From: Candidatus Cryptobacteroides sp. | GTDB lineage: Bacteria > Bacteroidota > Bacteroidia > Bacteroidales > UBA932 | Reading direction: 5' to 3' | Length of the DNA stretch: 32,017 nucleotides | NCBI GenBank assembly: GCA_051870135.1 | Contig: JBJEBP010000226.1 | Span: 1-32,017, forward strand | Part shown: in pieces, positions 8,477 through 17,741 of the stretch | Layout: the number at the start of each line of letters is the position of its first letter | Numbering within the stretch: the stretch's first letter is position 1 | Position numbers and translations under genes: made by a program | Notes under the pieces: generated by a model | Databases searched by the model: none | Told to the model about the DNA's origin: nothing | The model's input: only the letters and a program-made list of their open reading frames with translations

Positions 8477-9208
8477 ATGAACAGAACAGGTCAATATCAG
8501 TTCACGATAGTGGTGCCGGTCTTCAATGAGGAGGACAATATGGCCAACCTCGAAAAGGCCCTCTCCGACTTCCTTCCGAAGAGCCTCTACAAGGCTTGCG
8601 TACTCTTCGTCAATGATGGCTCAAGGGATGAGAGTTTGTTGAAAATCAAGGAGATATGCTCCCGTCACGAGGATTTCTTCTATATCAGTTTCGTCAAGAA
8701 TGCGGGTCTGAGCGCAGCCGTGAAAGCCGGGTTTGACTATACCTTCTCGCAGTATGTGGGCTATATGGATGCAGACCTCCAGACCACTCCGGAGGATTTC
8801 AACCGTCTTCTTGCAGGCATGCTTGAGAACAGCATGATGATAGGAATCAGGGCCGAGAGGAAGGACAGCGGCTTCAAGCGTTTCCAGTCCAGGTTCGCCA
8901 ACGGATTCCGCAACATGATGACCCACGACGGGGCCAAAGATACGGGCTGTCCGCTGAAAGTGCTGCGTACCGACGTGGCGAAGCGGATTCCGATGTTCAA
9001 GGGAATGCACCGTTTCCTGCCTGCCCTGGTATTGCTCCAGGATGGCTGCACATACGGCCAGGTACCTGTCAGGCATTTTCCCCGGGTGGCCGGTGTATCA
9101 AAATACAATCTCTGGAACAGGCTGCTCGGCCCATTTGCAGACTGTTTCGCCTATCGCTGGATGAAGCTGCGGGATATCAATTACAAGGTGGGGGACAACA
9201 ATATTTGA
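8477..9208 (+). CDS. GT2 polyprenyl-phosphate glycosyltransferase (ArnC/DPM1-like)
   Basis: VVPVFNEEDN, VNDGSRD, MDADLQ, DTGCPLK, HRFLPAL, VRHFPRVAGVSKY. Confidence 0.92.
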   Translation: MNRTGQYQFTIVVPVFNEEDNMANLEKALSDFLPKSLYKACVLFVNDGSRDESLLKIKEICSRHEDFFYISFVKNAGLSAAVKAGFDYTFSQYVGYMDADLQTTPEDFNRLLAGMLENSMMIGIRAERKDSGFKRFQSRFANGFRNMMTHDGAKDTGCPLKVLRTDVAKRIPMFKGMHRFLPALVLLQDGCTYGQVPVRHFPRVAGVSKYNLWNRLLGPFADCFAYRWMKLRDINYKVGDNNI

Positions 9209-9212
9209 TCCG

Positions 9213-9863
9213 ATGCTCCACAACCTCCCGACATATCTGGTATTCGCCCTCGGCTTTCTTGCCCAGCTTTTCTTCTCCCTGCGGACATTGCTCCAGTGGT
9301 GGAAGTCAGAGAAGGCCCGCAAAGTGGAATCTCCTGCGGGATACTGGATCCTGAGCGTGCTCGGAGCCTATATGATGTTCGTCTATGGGGTGATGCGGGA
9401 TGATTTCTCCATCATTCTGGGCCAGTTGATTTCGTATTACGTCTATCTCTGGAATCTCGGGGCCAAGGGTATATGGAAGCGGATAGTGCCAGTGTTGAGA
9501 ATCGTGCTTCTGCTTACTCCTGTGGCCGCTGTCCTGATGCTTCTGCGCAATGCGGCGGAGTACCTGCAGAGTTTCTTCTACAATGATGATATCCCGTTCT
9601 GGCTGGTGATTTTCGGCTCGGCCGGCCAGATTATATTCACATTGAGGTTCGTATATCAATATATCTATTCACAGCGGAAGCATCAGTCGGCATTGCCTGC
9701 GGGCTTCTGGGTAATAAGTCTCATCGGCTCCGGTGTAATCATTGCCTACGGATTGTTCAGACGGGACCCTGTCCTGATTCTCGGCCAGTCATTCGGCTTT
9801 GTGGCATATATCCGGAATCTGATGATAGGTTTCAAGGAGAGGAAAAATGCGGTCGGGAAATAA
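9213..9863 (+). CDS. Membrane protein with two lipid A biosynthesis N-terminal (LAB_N) domains
   Basis: Two repeats: AQLFFSLRTLLQWWKSEKARKVESPAGYW and GQIIFTLRFVYQYIYSQRKHQSALPAGFW...RDPVLILGQSFG. Confidence 0.88.
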   Translation: MLHNLPTYLVFALGFLAQLFFSLRTLLQWWKSEKARKVESPAGYWILSVLGAYMMFVYGVMRDDFSIILGQLISYYVYLWNLGAKGIWKRIVPVLRIVLLLTPVAAVLMLLRNAAEYLQSFFYNDDIPFWLVIFGSAGQIIFTLRFVYQYIYSQRKHQSALPAGFWVISLIGSGVIIAYGLFRRDPVLILGQSFGFVAYIRNLMIGFKERKNAVGK

Positions 9864-11514
9864 GTTTCAGCCCGGGCTGATTGCGGAGAAGTATCCGCTG
9901 GCCCTTGTATTCATATTCACGTTCATCTGCCTGCTTCCGGCAATGCTGATGCGGGATTTTACCCCGTCGAACGAGTTGCGCTATCTCAGCATAGCGGACG
10001 AGGCTATAGCAAACGGCAATGTCTTCGCATTCACCAACCACGGACTGGCATACGCCGACAAACCGCCGCTTTATTTCTGGATCGTGATGCTATGCAGGCT
10101 TGTTTTCGGGGAGCACAGCTGTCTGGCATTGTCAATGTTCTCCCTCATTCCGGCATTTGTAATCGTGAAGATTATGGACAGCTGGGTGAAGAAGGGGGCC
10201 TCAGTCCAGGACAGGATGGCCGTGGCAATGATGCTGCTGACTTCGGTGATGTTCCTCGGGACGGCAGTCGTGCTGAGGATGGATATGCTTATGTGCATGT
10301 TCATCGTGCTGGCACTCAATACGTTCCATAGAATGTACAGGGCTGGGGAGCCGGAGTTGAAGGACAGGATAATGCTGCCTGTCTGGATTTTTATGGCATT
10401 GTTCACCAAGGGACCTGTCGGCCTTCTTGTCCCACCGCTTTCAATATTTGTTTTCTTGATTCTGCGCGGAGAATGGAGGAAGACAGGGAAGTATCTTGGA
10501 TGGATGACCTGGGGTATTCTTGCCGGACTTTCCGCCATCTGGATCCTGTGCGCTTTCCTGGACGGGGGCCCCGAGTATATCAACAACCTTCTGTTCAAGC
10601 AGACTGTGGGCCGGGCTGTCAATGCATTTACGCATAACAAGCCGTTCTGGTTCTATTTCATTGCCATTGTATGGTGTCTTGCGCCTTACTGCATATTGAC
10701 CATAGGCGGATTCATACGCTCCCTTTTCCCGCTGGGCAAGTCTGCCGGCTGCATTGGGGCGTCGGCAGTCCGATCTGACACTGAACTTCTTTGCATTTCA
10801 GTCATAGCATCTACATTCCTGATGCTCTCAGCTTTCAGTTCCAAGCTGCCTGTATATCTATGCCCGGTATTCCCTTTTGTAGTGTATCTTTATCCTGTTG
10901 TGACAGAGAGAGTTGGAGGAAGCCGATGGATGAAGTGGGCGGTAGGGATACCGGCTGTGATTTTCCTGATTGTGGCCATTGCGCTGATGGTGGCATTGTC
11001 AGGGATTGTGCATATAGGGGCTTTGGAGCCGGTGCTTGCCGAGTATGGTTTCGCGACTTCCTGGCCTGTGAAGATAGCTGCATTTGTGCTTCTTGTCGGC
11101 AATGCCGGGGCATTGGTAATGCTCCTGAAGAGAGAGTCCCTGAATCTTCCGGTATTCATAATCGGAGCGACCTTGCTGCTTACCATATATTGCGCTTCGG
11201 GCGTCATGAACAAGGTCAATCCTTATTTCGGATACAGGTCAATGTGCTCGGAAGTGCCTGAGGGAACGGATGTCGCAACTCTTTATGTTCATCGTCCGGA
11301 GAATGTGGACGTTTATCTTGGAAGGCAGATTACTGATTACCGCAAGGATGTGGACACATTTCTTGCCGCTGTTTCTGAAAGGGGAGAGGAAACCCGTCCG
11401 CTGACCCTGATTGTGATGACAAAGAAAATGGAGAGCAATGCTGCTCTCCAGGATTATGTAACTTCTTGTCGTACAGTTACGTACGTTGGCCCTTACTGTC
11501 TGGCCACGAAGTGA
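9847..11514 (+). CDS. ArnT/PMT-family (GT-C) membrane glycosyltransferase
   Basis: NELRYLSIADE, YADKPPLYFW, LRMDMLM, FTKGPVG, HNKPFWFY, SSKLPVYLCP; many hydrophobic segments. Confidence 0.9.
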   Translation: MRSGNKFQPGLIAEKYPLALVFIFTFICLLPAMLMRDFTPSNELRYLSIADEAIANGNVFAFTNHGLAYADKPPLYFWIVMLCRLVFGEHSCLALSMFSLIPAFVIVKIMDSWVKKGASVQDRMAVAMMLLTSVMFLGTAVVLRMDMLMCMFIVLALNTFHRMYRAGEPELKDRIMLPVWIFMALFTKGPVGLLVPPLSIFVFLILRGEWRKTGKYLGWMTWGILAGLSAIWILCAFLDGGPEYINNLLFKQTVGRAVNAFTHNKPFWFYFIAIVWCLAPYCILTIGGFIRSLFPLGKSAGCIGASAVRSDTELLCISVIASTFLMLSAFSSKLPVYLCPVFPFVVYLYPVVTERVGGSRWMKWAVGIPAVIFLIVAIALMVALSGIVHIGALEPVLAEYGFATSWPVKIAAFVLLVGNAGALVMLLKRESLNLPVFIIGATLLLTIYCASGVMNKVNPYFGYRSMCSEVPEGTDVATLYVHRPENVDVYLGRQITDYRKDVDTFLAAVSERGEETRPLTLIVMTKKMESNAALQDYVTSCRTVTYVGPYCLATK

Positions 11515-11536
11515 GTTTCCAAATAGCCGTCCGGAA

Positions 11537-12103
11537 TTAATCCATTGCCTTGAAAATGGCGGTGCGCACATCCTCAATGGTACCGGTTCCGTCAATCTCG
11601 ACATATTTGCCGGCCTTCCTGTAGAAATCCACGAGAGGCTCGGTCTTTTCGTGATATGTCCTGATTCTGTTGTTCACGGTCTCGTCGCTGGCATCGTCCG
11701 CACGGCCCTCGATTGCTGCCCTGTGGCGGATTCTCTCCTTGATCATCTCGTCCGGAATCATTATTGAGATTACGGATGTAACCTGCTCACCTGAAGCGGC
11801 CAGCATTGTATCCAATGCCTCAGCCTGGGCGATTGTTCTCGGAAATCCGTCAAGCAGGAAGCCTTCGACACCCTTGGTGGTCTTGAATGCGTTGTCAATC
11901 ATACCCTCGACAACCTCGTCCGGAACGAGGGAACCTGCGTCAATCAGGGACTTGGCCTTGAGGCCGAGTTCCGTACCTTCGGCTATTTCCTTGCGGAGAA
12001 GTTCACCGGTCGAGAGATGCCTGAGATTGTATCTCTCCACCATTGCACTGGCCTGAGTACCCTTGCCGGCACCCGGAGGCCCGAATAGAATGTAGTATTT
12101 CAT
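11537..12103 (-). CDS. adk: Adenylate kinase (short-LID type)
   Basis: GPPGAGKGTQ, HLSTGELLR, LLDGFPRT, GRADD. Confidence 0.97.
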   Translation of the reverse strand: MKYYILFGPPGAGKGTQASAMVERYNLRHLSTGELLRKEIAEGTELGLKAKSLIDAGSLVPDEVVEGMIDNAFKTTKGVEGFLLDGFPRTIAQAEALDTMLAASGEQVTSVISIMIPDEMIKERIRHRAAIEGRADDASDETVNNRIRTYHEKTEPLVDFYRKAGKYVEIDGTGTIEDVRTAIFKAMD

Positions 12104-12134
12104 AATGTATAATAATTATCGAAGGAGCGGCAAC

Positions 12135-12680
12135 CTACTCGTCAAGGATGTAGATATCCTTGTAGTTGCGGCCCAGTTCGTTATAGTCAAGTCCGAATCC
12201 TACGATGAATTTGTTCGGGATTTCCATGGCCACGTAGTCGAGGACTACGTCTTTCTTGTAAACCTCCGGCTTGAGGAGCATTGTGCAGATCTTGCAGTCT
12301 TTGGCACCCTTTTCCCTTACAATTTCCCTGAGGTCAACAATGGTGTTTCCCGTGTCCACTATATCCTCCACGATGATGACTGTCTTTCCTGAAATGTCAC
12401 CTGTCAGGCCCATAACCTGGCGAACCTTGCCTGTGGACTGGGTTCCGCAGTAGGAAGAGAGTTTCATTGAAACCAGTTCGCAGTCGAAAGCCAATCTCTT
12501 CATCAACTCGGCAGTGAACATTATCGCACCATTCAAAGTGCAGAGGATTACAGGGATTTCCCCGCTGTCCCTGAAATCGGCATTGAGCCTGTCGGCAACC
12601 TTGTCGATGGCTTTTTCGATCTCAGAATTCGGGATGAAGGTCCTGAATCTTTTGTCGTAGAGTGTAATTTTCGTGTCCAT
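12135..12680 (-). CDS. hpt: Hypoxanthine phosphoribosyltransferase
   Basis: IIVEDIVDTGNT PRPP loop and FIVGFGLDYNELGRN. ATG 12680 lies downstream of TAAATTTG. Confidence 0.95.
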   Translation of the reverse strand: MDTKITLYDKRFRTFIPNSEIEKAIDKVADRLNADFRDSGEIPVILCTLNGAIMFTAELMKRLAFDCELVSMKLSSYCGTQSTGKVRQVMGLTGDISGKTVIIVEDIVDTGNTIVDLREIVREKGAKDCKICTMLLKPEVYKKDVVLDYVAMEIPNKFIVGFGLDYNELGRNYKDIYILDE

Positions 12681-12697
12681 ATTCGATAATTTCGTCA

Positions 12698-12788
12698 CAA
12701 ATTTAGTCAATTCATTTAAAATTCATATAAATAAGAGGTGGTAAATACCACCTTTATTGACTTTCTTGTTTTTTTCTCATTATTTTTG
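12698..12788. promoter_or_regulatory. Divergent promoter region with central palindrome
   Basis: TAAATTTG on minus (12698-12705), TATTTTTG on plus (12781-12788), and AGGTGGTA-AA-TACCACCT at 12736-12753. Confidence 0.7.
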
Positions 12789-12808
12789 GCCGTGCTAAAT
12801 GGTATGTG

Positions 12809-14590
12809 ATGAGAGGAAAAATGTTAGTTTGCGCCGTCATCTTGCTTGGGCTGACGCAAATCTGCCAGGCTGGGGAAAAGGATGATGCCAGGTTCAACGA
12901 GGCTGTACTTGTGCTGACCGGGGCGGGAGAGATTGAGGAACTGGATGAATATGAGATTGACAGATATCTGAAGCTGTCAGCATCCCCTTTGCGGCTCAAT
13001 TCTGCAGGCAGGTCAGCCCTGCTGTCATCGGGACTAATGACGCTGTATCAAGTCGTGTCTTTTCTGGACTACAGGACATTGAGCGGGCCTGTCATGTCTT
13101 TCCCGGAACTTGCGTCCATTGACGGATTCAATGAGAGGCTTGCGGAGGCATTGTCCCTGTTTGTGGTGCTGGACAACCCTGAAATCCCTGCGCGGAGGGA
13201 AATGGGTGGAGAAGCAATGACCAATGTTTCAATGAAGAAGCAGCCTGTTGCGGAAGGACATAACCTTACTGCTTGTAAATCAAGGCTTTCATTGGGCAGT
13301 GAGGGGAGATTTGAACTTGGTCTGGCTGCAGGGAAGGATTATGATGCTCCTTTCGGGAGACCGTCCTCATATTCGGGATATGTCAATGTTTGCAGGAGGG
13401 GATGGGGCTTGGTGGCAGGAGATTTCGCCCTTCGTTTCGGGCAGGGCCTGGCTCTGTGGTCAGGCTTCTCGATGTCCGGGTTTTCCGGCGAGAGAACATT
13501 CTGGAAAAGGGCCACAGGTATAACGCCTTCCTGGTCATTGTCAGGGACTTCTTCTCACAGGGGGCTGGCCGCTGGTGTGCAGTTGGGGAAATTCGGAATT
13601 TCTGTCTTTGCTTCTGTTCCGGGATTGCGAAGATGGTGTGAGTCAGGGGGAAAGCCCTCATTGTCCCTGATGCCCGGAGTCAATGTGGCCCTATATCTCA
13701 GGAATGGGGTCGTTTCGGCGACAGCCTACGGGCTTTGGGACGGAATCGGCAGCAGGACAATGACCTCCGCAGGGCCGGCTTTTGGTGGCGGCAAGGTCTC
13801 GGCGGATGCAAGGCTGTGTTTCCGTGGAGTCGTGCTGGCAGGGGAAGTCGCCTGGGACATTATGCCGAACAAAATCGCTGCCTGCCTGTCAACTGATTTC
13901 CCGATTAAGGGCAATTGGCGGACAGCCTTGGCAGTCAGGCATATACCTGAAGGCTATGATTTGTCTTTATCTTCACCGGTCCGGACATTCACCGGAAAAA
14001 CGGGAGAGTCAGGTATTTCAGCCGGCCTGTTCTTCAGGCAGTCGCTGTTTACGGCGGACTATTCGCTGAAGTCCTCGGACTTTGGGATGAGACAGCTTAA
14101 ATTGCTGCTTTCCAGTCCTTTCCGTATCAATGATACATTCAGCATCAATTGCCGTATCACGTCCAGGTTCAGGTCATACGAGAAGGGAATCAGGACAAGT
14201 CTTCGTACTGACCTGAAATACGTGCTTGGGGATTGGAATACTGTCGCAAGGTATGAGTTGTTGAAATTCAAGGGATTGGCTCATCTTGCATATCTCGAGG
14301 AGGGCTTTGTGCACGGAAGCGGGGCGGTTTTTCTGCGTGGGACATTGTATTTTATCGACAGTTGGGATGATAGGATTTATGCCTACGAGCGTGATGCTCC
14401 GGGCAGTTTCAATGTGCCAGCGTATTATGGCCGCGGGTATTCTCTTTCCCTGGTCGCAAGACAAAAAATCCGATTCCGGGTATTGTCAATGAAAATATAT
14501 TGGAGGACAGGGTTTTATGCGCCGGTTTGGGGGAAAGTAAAGCGGGACTGCAAGTTTGAAAACAGGCTTCAGCTTTCATTGGATTTTTAA
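12809..14590 (+). CDS. Exported helix-hairpin-helix (ComEA-like) protein with probable C-terminal beta-barrel
   Basis: Signal peptide (...TQICQA). HhH-like segment LRLNSAGRSALL...GPVMSFPELASIDGF. Family-like motifs GDFALRFGQGLALWSGF and RIYAYERDAPGSFNVPAYYGRG. Ends in RLQLSLDF. Confidence 0.75.
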   Translation: MRGKMLVCAVILLGLTQICQAGEKDDARFNEAVLVLTGAGEIEELDEYEIDRYLKLSASPLRLNSAGRSALLSSGLMTLYQVVSFLDYRTLSGPVMSFPELASIDGFNERLAEALSLFVVLDNPEIPARREMGGEAMTNVSMKKQPVAEGHNLTACKSRLSLGSEGRFELGLAAGKDYDAPFGRPSSYSGYVNVCRRGWGLVAGDFALRFGQGLALWSGFSMSGFSGERTFWKRATGITPSWSLSGTSSHRGLAAGVQLGKFGISVFASVPGLRRWCESGGKPSLSLMPGVNVALYLRNGVVSATAYGLWDGIGSRTMTSAGPAFGGGKVSADARLCFRGVVLAGEVAWDIMPNKIAACLSTDFPIKGNWRTALAVRHIPEGYDLSLSSPVRTFTGKTGESGISAGLFFRQSLFTADYSLKSSDFGMRQLKLLLSSPFRINDTFSINCRITSRFRSYEKGIRTSLRTDLKYVLGDWNTVARYELLKFKGLAHLAYLEEGFVHGSGAVFLRGTLYFIDSWDDRIYAYERDAPGSFNVPAYYGRGYSLSLVARQKIRFRVLSMKIYWRTGFYAPVWGKVKRDCKFENRLQLSLDF

Positions 14591-14607
14591 TGCTTGTGAT
14601 TTCTTTG

Positions 14608-14615
14608 TAAATTTG
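14608..14615 (+). promoter_or_regulatory. -7 promoter element for priA
   Basis: TAAATTTG about 30 nt upstream of ATG 14645. Confidence 0.65.
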
Positions 14616-14644
14616 GTTGTTTTTTGAAAAGCCGGAATATTGTG

Positions 14645-16879
14645 ATGGACGGAACTCTGAAATATCTGAAAGTAATACTTCCTCTCAAACTTGAGTGGGA
14701 GCCTTGCTACAGTGTTGTTCCCGGAACAGACGGGGAAGTGCCTGCTGTCGGGACCAGGGTCAGTGTGCGGTTTGCCGGAAGGCAATATGTCGGGGTAGTC
14801 TCGGAATCTGATGTTGTACCTGACATTGAACTGTCCAGGATTCAGCAGATTGTCAGGGTCGAGGATGGCTTTTCTCCGGTCACGGAGGCAGAGATGAGGT
14901 TATGGCGTTTTGTATCAGACTATTATCTCTGTTCTGTAGGCGAAGTTTACAAGGCTGCCTACCCGTCTTTGAAGAATGATGGGGAAATGGTGCTGTGCAG
15001 GGAGAAACTGAGGAATGAGGAACGTCTCAAAAGAATGAATGCAGCACTTGCGGCAAAGCGTGAGAGGCTTCTGGCTACGGTCGGGAGAAGACGTGCAATG
15101 TACGAGAAGGCAGTGAAGCCGGAGACAAGGGCGAAATATCTTGAGGCATTGACGAAGGCAGAGAATGAGTTGAAGGCTCTCCCTCCGGAAATTTTCGTTC
15201 CGGAGGCCCGGAATCCTGTCGTGCAGGTTCACCTTCCTTCACTCAGTGTTGCGCAGCAGGGCTGCCTGGAGAAAATACGCGGATTCTTCGCGGAAAAGAC
15301 TCCGGTTCTTCTCCACGGGGTTACCGGAAGCGGCAAGACGGAGATTTATATTACACTGGCTGCCAGTGTTTTGTCATCCGGGGGTAGTGTCCTGTATATG
15401 ATTCCTGAGATAGCCGTAAGCAGGCAGCTTGGGAACAGGTTGAAAGAGGTGTTCGGAAATCAGCTGGCATTATTCCACTCCGGAATGTCATCTTCCGCAA
15501 GGTCAATGGCGGTGGATATGGTAAGGAAGGGGAACTGCATTGTTCTCGGTACACGTTCCTCGGTTTTCCTGCCTTTCGGGGATTTGGGGCTGGTGATTGT
15601 GGATGAGGAGCACGATAATTCATATAAGCAGGAAACCCCTGCGCCAAGGTACAATGGCAGGGATACGGCTATGATGCTGGCCAGGATTCACGGTGCGGAT
15701 CTTCTTCTTGGCACAGCCACCCCGTCATTGGAATCATTGTACAATTGCCGCACCGGCCGTCTTGCCAAGGTAATGCTTGCCGAACGTTACTTCGGGGACG
15801 ACAAGACAGAGGTGGAGATTGTCAATACTGCCGAGGAACGCAGGAAAAGAGGAATGAAGGGGAGTTTCTCATACAAGCTGATTGACAGGATGAAAGAGAC
15901 ACTCCGGGACGGGGGACAGATTCTCCTGCTAAGGTCACGCAAGTCCTATTCGCCTGCAGTACAATGCTCCAGATGCGGCAGGATTCCGCGTTGCCCGCAT
16001 TGTGACGTATCATTGAGCTGGCATCGGGACGAGGGAAGGCTGAAATGTCATTATTGCGGTTGGAGCCGGCCTTTCAATGCGGTCTGCCCTGATTGCGGGG
16101 GACATTTTGAGCCCCTCGGAGCCGGTACCCAGAGGGTTGTGGAGGAGGTTTCGGCATTGTTTCCGGATGCAAGAGTTGCCCGTATTGACGGAGATATGAC
16201 TTCGGGTCCGGCAGGTGAGGAGGCTGTAATAAAGGATTTCTCCCGGGGCCTTGTTGACATTCTTGTGGGGACCCAGATTGTGACAAAGGGTTTCGACTTT
16301 GCCAGGCTTTCTTTAGTGGCTGTATTGCAGGCGGATTCGCTTCTCGGATTTCAGGATTTCCGTGCTGATGAAAAGGCCTGGCAGATTCTTGAACAATTCC
16401 GGGGAAGAGGTGGAAGGCGTGGCCAGAAAGGACTCTTCCTTATACAGACTTCTACGCCGGAACATCCTGTGTACAAGCATATTGCATCAGAACAGAACAA
16501 TGAAGCCCTGTCGGATTCAATATTGGCGGAGAGGTTTGCATTCGGCTATCCTCCGTTTTCCCGCATTGTCCAGATTACTCTCAAGTATAGGGATGAGGGT
16601 GTTGTTGCGGCTTTGGGGGCAGCATTGGCCTCGGCCATACGAAATGAATTCGGTATCCGGGGATTGGTGAGGAATCCGGAAGACCCTGTTTCTGTTCTCG
16701 GGCCTTACGCTCCTGCTGTTGACCGGATTTCCGACCTGTATATCAGGCATATCCGCGTATCAATGATGAAGAATCAGGACCTGAGGGAAAACAAGAGAAG
16801 ACTTGTCTCCATAGTAGCGGCCTTCGGAAAGGAGAACAATTGCCACCCAATGTTGTCCCTTGACGTGGATCCAGTATGA
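14645..16879 (+). CDS. priA: Primosomal protein N' (replication restart helicase)
   Basis: GVTGSGKTEIY, VDEEHD, TATPS, four CxxC pairs, GTQIVTKGFDF, C-terminal DVDP. Confidence 0.96.
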   Translation: MDGTLKYLKVILPLKLEWEPCYSVVPGTDGEVPAVGTRVSVRFAGRQYVGVVSESDVVPDIELSRIQQIVRVEDGFSPVTEAEMRLWRFVSDYYLCSVGEVYKAAYPSLKNDGEMVLCREKLRNEERLKRMNAALAAKRERLLATVGRRRAMYEKAVKPETRAKYLEALTKAENELKALPPEIFVPEARNPVVQVHLPSLSVAQQGCLEKIRGFFAEKTPVLLHGVTGSGKTEIYITLAASVLSSGGSVLYMIPEIAVSRQLGNRLKEVFGNQLALFHSGMSSSARSMAVDMVRKGNCIVLGTRSSVFLPFGDLGLVIVDEEHDNSYKQETPAPRYNGRDTAMMLARIHGADLLLGTATPSLESLYNCRTGRLAKVMLAERYFGDDKTEVEIVNTAEERRKRGMKGSFSYKLIDRMKETLRDGGQILLLRSRKSYSPAVQCSRCGRIPRCPHCDVSLSWHRDEGRLKCHYCGWSRPFNAVCPDCGGHFEPLGAGTQRVVEEVSALFPDARVARIDGDMTSGPAGEEAVIKDFSRGLVDILVGTQIVTKGFDFARLSLVAVLQADSLLGFQDFRADEKAWQILEQFRGRGGRRGQKGLFLIQTSTPEHPVYKHIASEQNNEALSDSILAERFAFGYPPFSRIVQITLKYRDEGVVAALGAALASAIRNEFGIRGLVRNPEDPVSVLGPYAPAVDRISDLYIRHIRVSMMKNQDLRENKRRLVSIVAAFGKENNCHPMLSLDVDPV

Positions 16880-16918
16880 TTTTTGTACTCCTGATTTCGG
16901 GAATAACGTTTTTTTTTA

Positions 16919-16926
16919 TAAATTTG
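16919..16926 (+). promoter_or_regulatory. -7 promoter element for parAB
   Basis: TAAATTTG 26 nt upstream of the parA ATG. Confidence 0.65.
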
Positions 16927-16952
16927 TAATTCTGCAAATACATTAATTATAT

Positions 16953-17723
16953 ATGGGAAAAGTCATAGCCATTGCTAATCAGAAAGGCGGAGTGGGCAAG
17001 ACCACTACGGCCATTAACCTGGCAGCTTCACTTGCGGCTCTTGAGAAGAAGGTGCTGATTATCGACGCCGATCCTCAGGCCAATACGACCTCCGGGCTGA
17101 ATTTTTCGCCGGACAACGATGAGAAGAGGACATTGTACGAGGTTCTGATTGGTGAGCTTGAAATCCACGACGCTTTGATTCAGACTGAAATATCCAATCT
17201 TCATCTGGTTCCTTCCCATATCAATCTGGTTGCGGTAGAGTTTGAGATGCGTGATGTCGAGGACAGGGAGTCCATTCTCAAGAAAGCGATTGCGCCTGTA
17301 AAGAATGAATATGACTATATCGTCATTGACTGTTCACCGTCACTCGGCCTCATTACAGTCAATTCTCTTACGGCTGCGGATTCGGTGATGATTCCTGTAC
17401 AGCCGGAATTCTTTGCCCTTGAGGGACTTGGCAAACTTCTGCAGACCATCAGGCTGGTCCAGAACGGGGTCAATCCATCCCTCACAATCGAGGGCTTCGT
17501 CGTGACAATGTTCGATGGCCGCACCAAGGTTCATACACAGGTGCTGAACCAGTTGAGAGAGCATTTCAAGGATATGGTGTTCAATACCATTATACAGAGA
17601 AACATAAGGCTCAGCGAGGCTCCGTCCCACGGAAAGCCTATTATTCTTTATGACGTGATGAGCAACGGTACTTCCAATTATCTCAATCTTGCGAAGGAAG
17701 TGCTTGAAAAGAACAAACAGTAG
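16953..17723 (+). CDS. parA: Chromosome partitioning ATPase ParA/Soj
   Basis: NQKGGVGKTTT, DADPQAN, IDCSPSLG, LSEAPSHG. Confidence 0.97.
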   Translation: MGKVIAIANQKGGVGKTTTAINLAASLAALEKKVLIIDADPQANTTSGLNFSPDNDEKRTLYEVLIGELEIHDALIQTEISNLHLVPSHINLVAVEFEMRDVEDRESILKKAIAPVKNEYDYIVIDCSPSLGLITVNSLTAADSVMIPVQPEFFALEGLGKLLQTIRLVQNGVNPSLTIEGFVVTMFDGRTKVHTQVLNQLREHFKDMVFNTIIQRNIRLSEAPSHGKPIILYDVMSNGTSNYLNLAKEVLEKNKQ

Positions 17724-17741
17724 TCTAATTATCAAGATATT

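Noticed and set aside
11537-12103. Adenylate kinase lacking the long LID domain
   Set aside because: Short-LID Adk is the normal form in Bacteroidetes.
16889-16917. TCCTGA-TT-TCGGGA plus T tract as a priA terminator
   Set aside because: The stem is short with a 2-nt loop and is separated from the T run, which is more likely part of the parA promoter.
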